From: Dehalococcoidia bacterium
GTDB taxonomy: Bacteria; Chloroflexota; Dehalococcoidia; Lucifugimonadales; HRBIN23
Assembly: GCA_025060295.1 (NCBI GenBank)
Contig: JANXCH010000006.1
Location: 5,257 to 69,256, forward strand
Length of the DNA stretch: 64,000 nucleotides
Direction of reading: 5' to 3'
The position numbers were made by a program, and so were the translations under genes. Every line of letters begins with the position of its first letter. Position 1 is the first letter of the stretch. Of this stretch, positions 46,991-57,820 are shown piece after piece. Under the pieces are notes generated by a model. That model ran no database searches. It was given only the letters and a program-made list of their open reading frames with translations, and was not told the DNA's origin.

Positions 46991-47664
46991 CGCTGCGGGG
47001 TTGTGGGGACCTTGTGGGACGCGCGGGCCTCGGCGGTCAGGTAGTAGGTCATGGCCTGGAGGGCCAGCACAGGGTCTATGGTCTGCACCCGCACGCCGGG
47101 GGGCACCTTAGGGGTAATGGGGGCGTAGTTCAGGATGGCCCGAATGCCCGCCTGCACGAGCAGGTCAATCACTTCTTGGGCCTGGTCCCGCGGCACCGCC
47201 ACAATGGCTATCTGAATATCCTGCTGTTTCACTATGCGGGGGAGTTCGCTGATGGGCTGAACCATAAGTCCCCCGATGACTTGCCCAATCTGGCGGGGGT
47301 CGTTGTCTAGGGCCGCTACAATCCTGAAGCCCTCCGGGGCGAAGCCGGGATAACTAATAATGGCCCGCCCCAGCCGTCCCACACCGACCACGGCTACATA
47401 CCAGTCTCTATCTAATCCCAAAATGCTCTGTAAGGCGGTCAAAAGGGTTTGCACATTGTATCCGCTCCCCTGTTTGCCGAAGCGTCCGAAGGCGCTAAGG
47501 TCTTTGCGGATTTGCGCAGGGGTGGTATGTAAACGCTCCCCCAAATCCCTGGAACTGACTACCTCTATTCGGCGCTGGGCCAGTTCCTTCAGCGCCCGCA
47601 CATACAGGGGCAGGCGCTCCACCACCACTTCCGGCACTTCTAATCGTCCTTCTTGTTTGGGCAT
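46987..47664 (-). CDS. rex: Redox-sensing transcriptional repressor Rex
   Basis: ATG 47664 (MPKQEGRLEVPEVVVERLPLYVRAL). RKDLSAFGRFGKQGSGY and VVGVGRLGRA Rossmann motifs. The track start at 47787 adds an implausible 41 aa. Confidence 0.9.
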   Translation of the reverse strand: MPKQEGRLEVPEVVVERLPLYVRALKELAQRRIEVVSSRDLGERLHTTPAQIRKDLSAFGRFGKQGSGYNVQTLLTALQSILGLDRDWYVAVVGVGRLGRAIISYPGFAPEGFRIVAALDNDPRQIGQVIGGLMVQPISELPRIVKQQDIQIAIVAVPRDQAQEVIDLLVQAGIRAILNYAPITPKVPPGVRVQTIDPVLALQAMTYYLTAEARASHKVPTTPQR

Positions 47665-47789
47665 CCTTGTGCTCTCCCGTGTTCTATTGGCTTCTCTTCC
47701 CCTGTGCGCCCTGGGCGAAAGGTATAAGCAGGGATATTCCCCTGGGCAGATCCACATAGGGATCCCCAGGCAGGGGATTGTCTGCACTT

Positions 47790-47818
47790 ATGATATCTGT
47801 CTCTAGGCGTGCGGTCAA
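47790..47818 (-). promoter_or_regulatory. Candidate rex promoter TTGACC-17-TATCAT
   Basis: Near-consensus hexamers with 17-nt spacing on the minus strand, about 120 nt upstream of the rex ATG. Confidence 0.35.
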
Positions 47819-47851
47819 CGCAAATGCTCTGGGTGGGTTCTTTTTCTGTCG

Positions 47852-47881
47852 TTGACACCCCTTCAACCCCTCTGGTAGCCT
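47852..47881 (+). promoter_or_regulatory. Candidate folC promoter TTGACA-18-TAGCCT
   Basis: Consensus -35, weaker -10. Back-to-back with the rex promoter. Confidence 0.3.
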
Positions 47882-47923
47882 GAGGACAGCGTGCCCCGAT
47901 CCCCAGAAAGGAGACCCCTCACG

Positions 47924-49300
47924 ATGGACTATCGGGAGGCGTTGCGCTATCTGCTGGGTTTAGCCGATTGGGAACGGGTCGCCGTTCCCCGCGGGCAGCG
48001 CCCTCGGTATGACCTCAGGCGGATGGACGCTTTGGTGGAGTACCTCGGCTCGCCGCATAAGGCTGTCCCCGCTATCCACATCACAGGCACCAAGGGCAAG
48101 GGGAGCACCTCGGCTATGCTGGCGAGCATTCTCACCGCTGCCGGCTATAAGGTGGGGTTGTATACCTCGCCCCACTTGCACACCTTCTGTGAGCGTATCC
48201 GCTTCGGCCTGGAGCCCATCGCCCCCGAAGCCTTCGCCCGCTTGGTGGAGAAGGTCCGCCCCGCCGCCGAGGCCCTGGCCCAGGAGGGCACCTGGGGACG
48301 GGTGACGACCTTTGAGTTCCTGACCGCTATGGCCTTCGTGGGCTTCCGCGACGCGGGGTGTGAGGTGCAGGTGGTGGAGGTAGGCTTGGGTGGTACCCTG
48401 GATGCTACCAACGTCATACCCCCACCGTTGGTGAGCGTGATCACCTCCATTAGCCTTGACCATACGCAGATTTTGGGAGATACGGTGGCCCTTATCGCCC
48501 GGGACAAAGCGGGGATTATTAAGCCGGGGAGCCACGCCGTAACAGCACCCCAGGCCGAGGCAGCTATGGAAGAAATCCGCCAGCGCGCCCAGGCCGTGGG
48601 GGCACCCCTCATCGAGGTGGGGGCGACCTATCGTTGGGTGCGGGGACCTTGGACACTGGAGGGCCAGCATTTCATCTTGGAAGGCCCTCAGGGGCGGCTG
48701 GAGGCATGGCTTCCTTTGCTGGGTGCATACCAGTTGGAGAATGCGGCGTGCGCCCTGGCCGCTATCCAGATTGTGCGCCAGAGGGGTCTTGTCATCCCCG
48801 ATGCTGCTGTGGTGGAGGGGTTCCGGCGGGTGCGCTGGCCGGCCCGCATGGAGGTGTTACGGCGCCGCCCCTTGGTGGTGGCCGACGGGGCCCACAACCC
48901 CTATTCGGTGCAACGGCTGGTGGAGGCGGTGCAGGAGTATTTCGGCCCCCGTCGCGTGCTGGTGGTCTTTGGAGCCTCCTCGGATAAGGATATCGCGGGC
49001 ATGGCCCAAGCCCTGGTGCCCTTGCGTCCCCTGGTGTTGGCTGCCCAGTCGCGCCACCCCCGCTCGTTAGAGGCGGACGCTTTGCGGAGGGTGTTGGAAT
49101 CGCAGGGGCTGATGGTGGTGCATGGGGGACGGGTGCAGGATGCTCTGTCCCAAGCCCTGTTCCAGGCGGGGGAGGATGACCTGGTGCTGGCGACGGGCTC
49201 CCTGTTCGTGGCGGCCGAGGTGCGGGAGGCACTGTTGGGCATCGCGGCTGAGGTGTATCCCGAAATTCCTCCGGTGCGAGTGAGCGCCGAAGTTCGGTGA
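47924..49300 (+). CDS. folC: Bifunctional folylpolyglutamate synthase/dihydrofolate synthase
   Basis: ATG 47924 (MDYREALRYL) behind AAAGGAGA. HITGTKGKGST. Confidence 0.9.
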   Translation: MDYREALRYLLGLADWERVAVPRGQRPRYDLRRMDALVEYLGSPHKAVPAIHITGTKGKGSTSAMLASILTAAGYKVGLYTSPHLHTFCERIRFGLEPIAPEAFARLVEKVRPAAEALAQEGTWGRVTTFEFLTAMAFVGFRDAGCEVQVVEVGLGGTLDATNVIPPPLVSVITSISLDHTQILGDTVALIARDKAGIIKPGSHAVTAPQAEAAMEEIRQRAQAVGAPLIEVGATYRWVRGPWTLEGQHFILEGPQGRLEAWLPLLGAYQLENAACALAAIQIVRQRGLVIPDAAVVEGFRRVRWPARMEVLRRRPLVVADGAHNPYSVQRLVEAVQEYFGPRRVLVVFGASSDKDIAGMAQALVPLRPLVLAAQSRHPRSLEADALRRVLESQGLMVVHGGRVQDALSQALFQAGEDDLVLATGSLFVAAEVREALLGIAAEVYPEIPPVRVSAEVR

Positions 49301-49388
49301 GGCGTGTGGGCACGGGACGGCCGCAGCGTGGGTTTCCCCACATAGGACCTTTTGCCAAAATGCAACAGGATTCAAGGAGATGGACAGT

Positions 49389-50636
49389 ATGGACAGGCGA
49401 CGGCGCGTGGTGATCACCGGGATGGGAGCGATGACGCCCTTGGGGCACTCGGTATCGGCCTTTTGGGAGGGGTTGGTGGCGGGGAAGTCCGGGGTGGGGC
49501 CCATTACCCTGTGTGATGCCTCCGAGTTCCCTTGCCGTATTGCCGGGGAGGTCAAAAACTTCAACCCGGACGAGTATATGGATCGGCGGGAGGCACGGCG
49601 CATGGCACGCTTTAGTCAACTGGCCGTGGCCGCCGCCTACCAGGCGGTGAAGGATGCGGGGTTAGACCTGTCCCGGGAGGATACCACCCGCTGTGGGGTG
49701 CTGTTGGGTAACGGCAACGGGGGCTTCCCCACCACTGAGGAGCAGTGTCGGATTCTCGTGGCCAAAGGGGGGATGCGGGTCTCACCCTTCTTTATCCCCA
49801 TGATTCTGCCTAACATGGCAGCGGCCAATGTGAGCCGTCTCCTGGGCTTGCGGGGCTACACCAGCACCTGCATTACTGCGTGCGCCGCTTCCACCCAGGC
49901 CATCGGGGAAGCAGCAGAGGTCATTCGGCAAGGGCGCGCCGATGTGATGCTCACCGGGGGCACGGAGGCGGGCATTAGCCCCCTGGGGCTGGCCGGGTTC
50001 TGTGTGATGAAGGCCCTTACCACCCGCAACGAGGAGCCCGAGAAGGCCAGTAGGCCCTTTGACGCCCAGCGGGATGGCTTCGTGCCCGCGGAGGGGGCGG
50101 CTATCCTGGTGCTGGAGGCTCTGGAGCACGCTCAGCGGCGGGGTGCACGCATCTTGGCAGAGGTGGCCGGCTACGGAGTTACTTCGGACGCTTACCATTT
50201 GGTCCAGCCCGACGAGCAGGGGGATGGGGCTGCTCGGGCGATGCACTTGGCCCTGGCCGATGCGGGCGTTTCCCCCCAGGAGGTGGACTACATCAACGCC
50301 CACGGCACCTCCACGCCCTTGAACGACGCCCTGGAGACCCTGGCCATCAAGAAGGTCTTCGGGGAGTATGCCTATCGGGTGCCCATCAGTTCCACCAAGT
50401 CCATGGTGGGGCATGCATTGGGGGCATCGGGGGCCTTGGAGGCGGTGGCATCGGTGCAGACCATCCTTACAGGCATCATCCACCCCACCATCAACCTGGA
50501 GTTTCCCGACCCGGCCTGCGACCTGGATTATGTGCCCCGTGTGGCGCGGCACAAGGAGGTGCGGGTCGTGCTCTCCAACTCCTTTGGCTTCGGCGGGCAA
50601 AACGCCTGCGTCGTGTTCCGCCGGTGGGAGGGATAG
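49389..50636 (+). CDS. fabF: Beta-ketoacyl-ACP synthase II
   Basis: RRVVITGMG, TACAAS (active Cys), NAHGTSTP, GHALGASG. ATG 49389 preferred over 49380 on SD spacing. Confidence 0.95.
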   Translation: MDRRRRVVITGMGAMTPLGHSVSAFWEGLVAGKSGVGPITLCDASEFPCRIAGEVKNFNPDEYMDRREARRMARFSQLAVAAAYQAVKDAGLDLSREDTTRCGVLLGNGNGGFPTTEEQCRILVAKGGMRVSPFFIPMILPNMAAANVSRLLGLRGYTSTCITACAASTQAIGEAAEVIRQGRADVMLTGGTEAGISPLGLAGFCVMKALTTRNEEPEKASRPFDAQRDGFVPAEGAAILVLEALEHAQRRGARILAEVAGYGVTSDAYHLVQPDEQGDGAARAMHLALADAGVSPQEVDYINAHGTSTPLNDALETLAIKKVFGEYAYRVPISSTKSMVGHALGASGALEAVASVQTILTGIIHPTINLEFPDPACDLDYVPRVARHKEVRVVLSNSFGFGGQNACVVFRRWEG

Positions 50637-50647
50637 CCCCCGGGGCG

Positions 50648-50890
50648 TTAGGCGGAGGAGGGGGAGGGGAGCATCTCCCCCAGGATCTGCTCCAAGGCCC
50701 TCGTATGGCTACAGGTGTTTTGCCTTTGGAAGAAGGGGCAGGTGCACGCCCAGCGCCCGGCATCGTAGGTCACGGTGTAGGTGTCGTGTTCGCCGCGGAA
50801 GGTGGCGGTGAACTGCTGAAAGGTTACCCGCTCCCGCTCCTGGGCATAGAGCCTGGCCTTTTCTATCTTGCTGATCAGGCTGGAGTGCAT
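50648..50890 (-). CDS. SWIM zinc-finger small protein
   Basis: CTCPFFQRQNTCSHT (CxC-x9-CxH). ATG 50890 behind AGGGGG preferred over GTG 50926. Confidence 0.6.
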   Translation of the reverse strand: MHSSLISKIEKARLYAQERERVTFQQFTATFRGEHDTYTVTYDAGRWACTCPFFQRQNTCSHTRALEQILGEMLPSPSSA

Positions 50891-50952
50891 TCCGCCCCCT
50901 TGCAAGAGGATAAGGGTTTCCCCCACATCCTAATCCGCTTCCCAGGCGGGGG

Positions 50953-52218
50953 TCAACAGGGGAATCCGACCACTCCGCGGCAGCGCAGGGCGTCCAAGTC
51001 CTGGGGGGAAAGGCCCAGGTCCCCGCAGAGAACCTCGTGCGTGTGCTCGCCTAGGAGGGGAGGGCGGAAACGCACAGTGGGAGGGGTGGCCGTGAGGCGG
51101 GGCACCAGACCGGGGTAGAGGATGTCCTTGCCCAGTTCGGGGTGATGCACACGGATGAAGAAGCCCCGTTCCACTAGGTGGCGGTTCTCGGTGAGATCGC
51201 GCATAGTGCTAATGGGGTAAAGGATGATGCGGTATTTCAAGGCCCCTTCAAACAGTTCGGCCTTGGTTTTGCTCTTGAAGAAGCGGGCGATAGGCTCCTG
51301 GAGGAGGTCAATCTCCTCCTGGGGCATGAGGCGGATGTCTTGAGTCTCAAAGGGGTAGAGGACGAGGAAATCGGGGGCGGCTCCCTCCTCTTGCATCCAG
51401 CGCACCAAGTTGCGGGTGGACTCGCCGCCCACAGGGCCAGCGCCTATAGAGAAGCAGACATAACCGTCTTTGCACTCCCAGTTGAGGCGGAAGCGGGTGC
51501 CGGCGGCTCCGGCCAGTAAACGCTCGGCTCCCTGGCGGGTGATGTTCACCCGGTTCAGGTCCCAGGTCACGGTGGCGTTCATAAGCGACCAGATGACGCC
51601 TTGCTGGGCAGAGACATCCACCTGCTGCCCCTGGCCGGAGCGGTGGCGCTCCCACAGGGCTATAAGGGTGGCCACGGCGGCATCCCCCGCGGCGTGAAGA
51701 TAGGCCTGGGGGAAACTGATGCGCAAAGGCGGGCGGTCTGGGTCGCCGGTGATGAACATCAAACCGCCCATGGCTTGGAGGACGATGTCCGGTGCCTGGG
51801 AGGAGGCATAAGGGCCGTCCTGGCCGAAGCCGGTGATGCGGGTGTAGATGAGGCGGGGGTTGAGGGCCGACAGGTCCGCATAGCCCAGGCCCCACTTTTC
51901 CATCGTGCCGGGAGGATAACTCTCCAGAAGGATATCCGCTCGGCTCACCAAGCGGCGCAGGAGGGCGCGCCCGTCAGCAGTGGTGATGTCCAGGGCGATG
52001 GCGCGCTTATTGAGGTTGTAAAACCAAAAGGTGAGGCTACGGTTGGGGTGGGGTGCCTGCCCATAAAAAGGGGGGCGACGACGAGCGGGGTCGCCGTGCA
52101 GGGGCTCCACTTTCACCACATCGGCGCCCATATCTCCCAGCAGGCGGCCAGCCAGGCTGGCGTGCTCGGTGGTCAAGTCCACCACGCGGTACGGAGCGAG
52201 AGGCATGTCCCTCACCAT
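50953..52218 (-). CDS. CaiB/BaiF-family (class III) CoA-transferase
   Basis: YRVVDLTTEHASLAGRLLGDMGADVVKVEP. ATG 52218 lies 5 nt after GGAGG. Confidence 0.85.
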   Translation of the reverse strand: MVRDMPLAPYRVVDLTTEHASLAGRLLGDMGADVVKVEPLHGDPARRRPPFYGQAPHPNRSLTFWFYNLNKRAIALDITTADGRALLRRLVSRADILLESYPPGTMEKWGLGYADLSALNPRLIYTRITGFGQDGPYASSQAPDIVLQAMGGLMFITGDPDRPPLRISFPQAYLHAAGDAAVATLIALWERHRSGQGQQVDVSAQQGVIWSLMNATVTWDLNRVNITRQGAERLLAGAAGTRFRLNWECKDGYVCFSIGAGPVGGESTRNLVRWMQEEGAAPDFLVLYPFETQDIRLMPQEEIDLLQEPIARFFKSKTKAELFEGALKYRIILYPISTMRDLTENRHLVERGFFIRVHHPELGKDILYPGLVPRLTATPPTVRFRPPLLGEHTHEVLCGDLGLSPQDLDALRCRGVVGFPC

Positions 52219-52322
52219 AGGCACCTCCTCCCCAAAGGGTGAACAATCGTGCGGAATCTGTCAAGAGGGTGGGGCGGATGTCCTATACCAAGAAGCGTAG
52301 GGGCTTCCGTTTCCCTTTTGAG

Positions 52323-52943
52323 CTAGCCCATTGCGTGGCGCCCCTCAAAGGCACGCTGGAGGGTGAGGGCGTCGGCGTATTCCACCTCGGCGCCGGCGGG
52401 CAGGCCACGAGCCAGGCGGGTGATGCGCAAGCCCAGGGGAGCCAGCAGGCGGTGCAGATACATGGCTGTCGCCTCCCCCTCCAGGGTGGGGTTCGTGGCG
52501 AGGATGACCTCTTGGATAGGGGCCGTCTTCACGCGTTCCACAAGTTCGCGGATCTTCAGGTCCTCGGGGCCGATACCCTCCAGGGGCGAGAGGGCCCCGT
52601 GGAGCACATGGTAGAGGCCCTTGTACACCCCGGTGCGTTCCAGGGCGAGCACATCCAGGGGTTGCTCCACCACGCAAAGAAGGGCGGTGTCCCGTTTAGG
52701 GTCGGTGCAGAGGGCGCAGGGGTTCTGGTCGGCCAGGTTCTGGCAGAGCGAGCACCAGACCACCTGCTCCTTGACGGCCAGGATGGCTTCGGCCAGGGCA
52801 CGGGCCTCCTGGACGGGGATGCGCAGAAGGTGATAGGCGAGGCGCTGGGCGGTCTTGGGGCCAACGCCAGGCAGTTTGTTGAGCTCTTGGATAAGGCGGG
52901 CGATGGGTTGAGGGGTGGTGGAGGGGAGAGCGCGGTTGGTCAT
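52323..52943 (-). CDS. recR: Recombination protein RecR
   Basis: LPGVGPKTAQRLAYHLL HhH, CSLCQNLADQNPCALC zinc finger, Toprim domain. Confidence 0.95.
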   Translation of the reverse strand: MTNRALPSTTPQPIARLIQELNKLPGVGPKTAQRLAYHLLRIPVQEARALAEAILAVKEQVVWCSLCQNLADQNPCALCTDPKRDTALLCVVEQPLDVLALERTGVYKGLYHVLHGALSPLEGIGPEDLKIRELVERVKTAPIQEVILATNPTLEGEATAMYLHRLLAPLGLRITRLARGLPAGAEVEYADALTLQRAFEGRHAMG

Positions 52944-53073
52944 ATCCTTCCGCTGTGCGTCAGCCCACTGTGGAGCGTCGTGGAACGGGCGTGCGTTGTG
53001 AGGTTGTGGTGGTGAAAAGGCGCTGTTGCATCCCCGCGCACGAAGGGAACATGTGCTAACACTCCTACGCTCA

Positions 53074-53376
53074 TTATAGTCCGGGAATTTTGAGGCCCCC
53101 CGTTACCTGGCTGATGCGCTGGGCGGCCATCTCCTCGGCTTTCTGGAGGCCCTCGTTCACCGCTGCCTGCACCATCTCTTCCAGCAGGCTGGGGTCTTGG
53201 GGGTCCAAAGCGGAGGGATCTATGGTAACCTTCTGGATGCGCAGTTTGCCCGTTACCACCACCTTGACCGCTCCTCCACCTGCCGAGGCCTCCACGGTGG
53301 CTGTCTCTAGCTCCTCTTGCACCTTGGCCAGACGGGCTTGCATCTGTTGTAACTGTCGGAGCATATTGCGGTTCAC
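53074..53376 (-). CDS. ybaB: YbaB/EbfC nucleoid-associated protein
   Basis: 100 aa. MLRQLQQMQARLAKVQEEL...GGGAVKVVVTG. Overlaps the dnaX stop. Confidence 0.9.
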   Translation of the reverse strand: MNRNMLRQLQQMQARLAKVQEELETATVEASAGGGAVKVVVTGKLRIQKVTIDPSALDPQDPSLLEEMVQAAVNEGLQKAEEMAAQRISQVTGGLKIPGL

Positions 53377-54974
53377 GGCTTTTCCTCCTGTGGGGAGTCG
53401 GCGGGGTGCTCGCCCACGATGCGCCCTCCCAGTTGCAGGGCAGTGCGAAGTAGGTGGCCCTGGGGGCGGAGTGTGGAGGGGCTTTCCCCTTCCGCCAGTT
53501 CCAAACGCACTGTATAGGGGTGGCCGAAGATTTTGGCCACCGCCTCGTCCAAGGCGGCTTTACTGGCGGGATGTTCCAGTTCGTCTCGCAGGCGCTCCCA
53601 GTGCGTCCTGTGGCGGAAAAAGATGGTGAGGATGTCGCCTTCGAGCGTGTAGCGCTCGTAGCCGCGCAGGAGGGGGCCCAAGGGGAAGCGCTTGTTGCGC
53701 ACACGCTCCAGGGCACGACACAGGTCGCGCCAGCGGGGATCGGCGCGTTCCGCAGATGGTGGGGGTGGTGGGGACGGGGATGCTGGGGTAAGTGGGGGCG
53801 GGCGCACGGGAGGGGTTGGGTACAGGGCGGGGGCAGAGGGCGGTGGTGTGGAACGGGGTGATGGGGAGGGGCTAACCGTCGGCGCAGGGGACGGCTCCGC
53901 CAGAACCTCTACCACCGCCAGTTCCAAGGGTAGGCTGGAGAAGGCGTCGCCGCGGAAGGTCACGCTCCCCAGTGCCCGCACCGCCCCCAGCAGACGCTCC
54001 CACGTCCAGGCAGACGCCAGAGAGCGTAGGGCCTCCACGGTTTCGGGGGGGACATCCTCCACAGGTGCGCCCGCCTTAAGGCGTAGGGTATTCTGCAGCA
54101 AAGTCATCACGACACGGTGGAAGGCACGGGGGTCGCCCTCGCTGGCGGCCACTCCCTGGGCAATAGCCGATAAAGCACCCGCAACATCCCCCTTACTGAG
54201 ACTATGCAAAAGGGCGAGGGCAAAGGGGTTGTCCCGCAGGCCCAGAAGTTCTGCTACCTGTTGGGGGCCAATCTCGGGGCCATAGGTGGTAACCACCTGC
54301 TCCAAAAGGTTACAGGCATCCCGCAGGCTTCCCCGGGCGGCCGTGGCGAGAAGGTGCAGGGCCTCTGTCCCTATCTGCCACCCCTCCTGCTGGGCGATGT
54401 GGGCCAGGCGCTGGGCAACGGCCGAGGGGGATAGGCGGTGAAAGTCGTAGCGCTGACAGCGGGAGACCACGGTAGGGGGGAGGCGGTAGGCTTCGGTGGT
54501 GCATAGGATGAACAGCACATGGGGCGGAGGCTCCTCTAAGGTCTTCAGGAGGGCATTGAAGGCCTCGTGGGTGAGCATGTGGGCCTCGTCCAGGATGTAC
54601 ACCCGGTAGCGCCCGCTGCCTTGGCCCATAGTGAGCACTGCCTCGCGGATGGCGCGCACATCCTCAATGCCCCGATGGCTGGCGGCGTCCAGTTCCACCA
54701 CCAGGAAGGGGTCGCCTTGCTCTACGGCCCGACACTGGGGGCAGGTGGTGCAGGGTTCCCCCTCCTGGGGGGCTTGGCAGTTGACCGCTTTGGCGAGGAT
54801 GCGGGCGATGGTGGTCTTTCCCGTGCCCCGGGGGCCCGCAAACAGATAGGCGTGCACGATTTTGCCCTGAGCCACGGCGCGGCGCAGGGCCTGCACCGTC
54901 CATTCCTGCCCGACAACTTCACTGAAGCGGCGGGGGCGATACTTACGGTACAGGACGAGCCCTTGCGATGCCAT
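53373..54974 (-). CDS. dnaX: DNA polymerase III subunit gamma/tau
   Basis: HAYLFAGPRGTGKTT, zinc module CTTCPQC, Pro-rich linker. Confidence 0.9.
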   Translation of the reverse strand: MASQGLVLYRKYRPRRFSEVVGQEWTVQALRRAVAQGKIVHAYLFAGPRGTGKTTIARILAKAVNCQAPQEGEPCTTCPQCRAVEQGDPFLVVELDAASHRGIEDVRAIREAVLTMGQGSGRYRVYILDEAHMLTHEAFNALLKTLEEPPPHVLFILCTTEAYRLPPTVVSRCQRYDFHRLSPSAVAQRLAHIAQQEGWQIGTEALHLLATAARGSLRDACNLLEQVVTTYGPEIGPQQVAELLGLRDNPFALALLHSLSKGDVAGALSAIAQGVAASEGDPRAFHRVVMTLLQNTLRLKAGAPVEDVPPETVEALRSLASAWTWERLLGAVRALGSVTFRGDAFSSLPLELAVVEVLAEPSPAPTVSPSPSPRSTPPPSAPALYPTPPVRPPPLTPASPSPPPPPSAERADPRWRDLCRALERVRNKRFPLGPLLRGYERYTLEGDILTIFFRHRTHWERLRDELEHPASKAALDEAVAKIFGHPYTVRLELAEGESPSTLRPQGHLLRTALQLGGRIVGEHPADSPQEEKP

Positions 54975-54976
54975 GG

Positions 54977-55486
54977 TTACCCCCGCAGGGAAAGGCCCAG
55001 CATCTCCAGTGCTTGACGTTCCAACTTCTGCATGACGATCTCTTGGGCAGGCTCCTGATGGTCATAGCCTAGCAGGTGCAGGACTCCGTGAATGATGAGG
55101 TGGGCGACCTCTGCTTGCACCGGACGACCGGCCTGCTGTGCCTGGCGCACCGCTTGGGGATAGCAGAGAACCACCTCCCCCAGATGGCGTATGCCGGGGG
55201 GTTGGGGCCAGGGGGTTGGGTCGTAGGGGGGAGGCTCTCCCTCCCCTTCGTACGGGCCGGCGTGGGTAAAGGCGAAGGCGAGCACATCGGTCACCTCGTC
55301 CAGGCCCCGATAGGTGTGATTGAGCCGGCGCACCGTCTCGTCGTCGGCGATGACCACGTCGACGCTGGCTGCCCCCTCTTCGGGGTGGACGGCAAGGGCA
55401 GCCGAAACCACCTGGGTGAGCCACCACTTGGCAAGGCGGCGACGAAACGGGGGAAAGAGGGTAACGGATACCGTGTGCGTCTGCAT
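54977..55486 (-). CDS. ybeY: rRNA maturation endoribonuclease YbeY
   Basis: HLIIHGVLHLLGYDH. Confidence 0.9.
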   Translation of the reverse strand: MQTHTVSVTLFPPFRRRLAKWWLTQVVSAALAVHPEEGAASVDVVIADDETVRRLNHTYRGLDEVTDVLAFAFTHAGPYEGEGEPPPYDPTPWPQPPGIRHLGEVVLCYPQAVRQAQQAGRPVQAEVAHLIIHGVLHLLGYDHQEPAQEIVMQKLERQALEMLGLSLRG

Positions 55487-55538
55487 ACCTTCTCAGGCCA
55501 AGGTAACACACGGCAAGAAGGCCTTCAAGGAGCGGCTG

Positions 55539-56102
55539 TTACAGTGTGGGCAGGCGCCGCAGGTACTCTTCTGCGAAGCGCTGGGCTTCCCGCAGGTGGG
55601 CCTCATAGAGAGGACGCCACGGGGCAGGCATATGGGTGCGGAAGTAATCGGCTGTCAGGAGGGGGCCCTCTCGGAGGGGGGCGCACTCCACCGCATGCCC
55701 CAGGAACAGGGTGCTGGGCCCCGTGTCCAGGGTCGCTTCCACCCGGCAGTCAAAAAAGGCCAAAGCGTCCTTCAGAATGGGGCTGCCGGTGCGGCGCACC
55801 TCCCACTCGTCGGGGCGCAGTTTCTCCCCCTCCCGACGGGAGAAGAAGCCGAAGCGCCACACCAACTCCATTTGGTCGGTGCGTAACAAGTGGAGTGCGA
55901 AGGCCTTGCTGTGGAGAATGAGGTCATGGGTGAAGGCGCGTTTAGAGATGAGCACCAGGACACGGGGATACGCCGGGGTAAGGGAGGCGCGCAGGGCGGA
56001 GTTGGAGATCATGGCGTTGGGGATGCCCTCCCAGGCGCTGGTAACCACCACCACGGGCGATGCCAGGTGGCGCAGGAGGCGGTAGGTGGTGTCGGCATCC
56101 AT
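55539..56102 (-). CDS. Flavin reductase-like (split-barrel FMN-binding) domain protein
   Basis: LASPVVVVTSAWEG...ISNSALRASLTP pattern, 187 aa. Confidence 0.7.
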   Translation of the reverse strand: MDADTTYRLLRHLASPVVVVTSAWEGIPNAMISNSALRASLTPAYPRVLVLISKRAFTHDLILHSKAFALHLLRTDQMELVWRFGFFSRREGEKLRPDEWEVRRTGSPILKDALAFFDCRVEATLDTGPSTLFLGHAVECAPLREGPLLTADYFRTHMPAPWRPLYEAHLREAQRFAEEYLRRLPTL

Positions 56103-56146
56103 GCCTGCACTCCGGGGACGGGGGTTGGCCCTATCCTACCATACCC

Positions 56147-57248
<1,102 letters not shown>

Positions 57249-57294
57249 GAAAATTGAGCCAGGCACCACCTGGCACCCCATGAGGAGGTGGAGC

Positions 57295-57762
57295 ATGACC
57301 CTGCGGCGTTGGGAACCCTTCCGCGAACTGGAGGCCGCTGCGCGGCGGATGGAGCGGATGATGGACGAGTTGTTCGGCCCCTCGCGGCTTCTGGAGCCGG
57401 CCCGAGAAGTGTGGGCACCCCGGCTGGATGTGTTCCAAGAGAAGGACAAGGTGGTGGTGAAGGCCAACCTGCCCGGCGTGCCACCTGACAAGGTGGAGGT
57501 GAGTTTCCAGGAGAATGTCCTCACTATTGAGGGGGAGGTGAAGGAGGAGCGGGAGGTCAAGGAGGAGGACTACCTGCTCCGGGAGAGGGCCTACGGCTCC
57601 TTCTACCGGAGTGTTACCCTGCCCGCCGGGCTGGACACGGATAAGGCCGAGGCCCACTACGAGAACGGGGTACTGACCATTACCATTCCCCGTCTGCCGG
57701 AGGCCCAGCGCAAGACCATTCGGGTGCGCACGGGCAAGACCGTGGAGGGGAAGACTGTCTAA
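57295..57762 (+). CDS. Hsp20/alpha-crystallin small heat-shock protein
   Basis: ATG 57295 behind GAGGAGGTGG. APRLDVFQEKDKVVVKANLPGV...GVLTITIP. Confidence 0.9.
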   Translation: MTLRRWEPFRELEAAARRMERMMDELFGPSRLLEPAREVWAPRLDVFQEKDKVVVKANLPGVPPDKVEVSFQENVLTIEGEVKEEREVKEEDYLLRERAYGSFYRSVTLPAGLDTDKAEAHYENGVLTITIPRLPEAQRKTIRVRTGKTVEGKTV

Positions 57763-57781
57763 CCGCTCTGGGCGCAGCGGG

Positions 57782-57812
57782 CTGGGGCCTGGGGCACTCC
57801 CCCAGGCCCCAG
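57782..57812. terminator. Strong hairpin between convergent hsp20 and pfkB-family genes (bidirectional terminator candidate)
   Basis: CTGGGGCCTGGGG / CCCCAGGCCCCAG, a perfect 13-bp stem with loop CACTC, followed by TGTTTAT on the plus strand. Confidence 0.6.
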
Positions 57813-57820
57813 TGTTTATC

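Noticed and set aside
53373-54974. Programmed frameshift site in dnaX (gamma/tau)
   Set aside because: I found no A-rich slippery heptamer in the coding strand, so a single product is assumed.
54975-55540. SRP RNA (ffs/scr) upstream of dnaX, as in Bacillus
   Set aside because: The position is occupied by ybeY. No GGAAGCAGCC-like SRP domain IV motif was seen.
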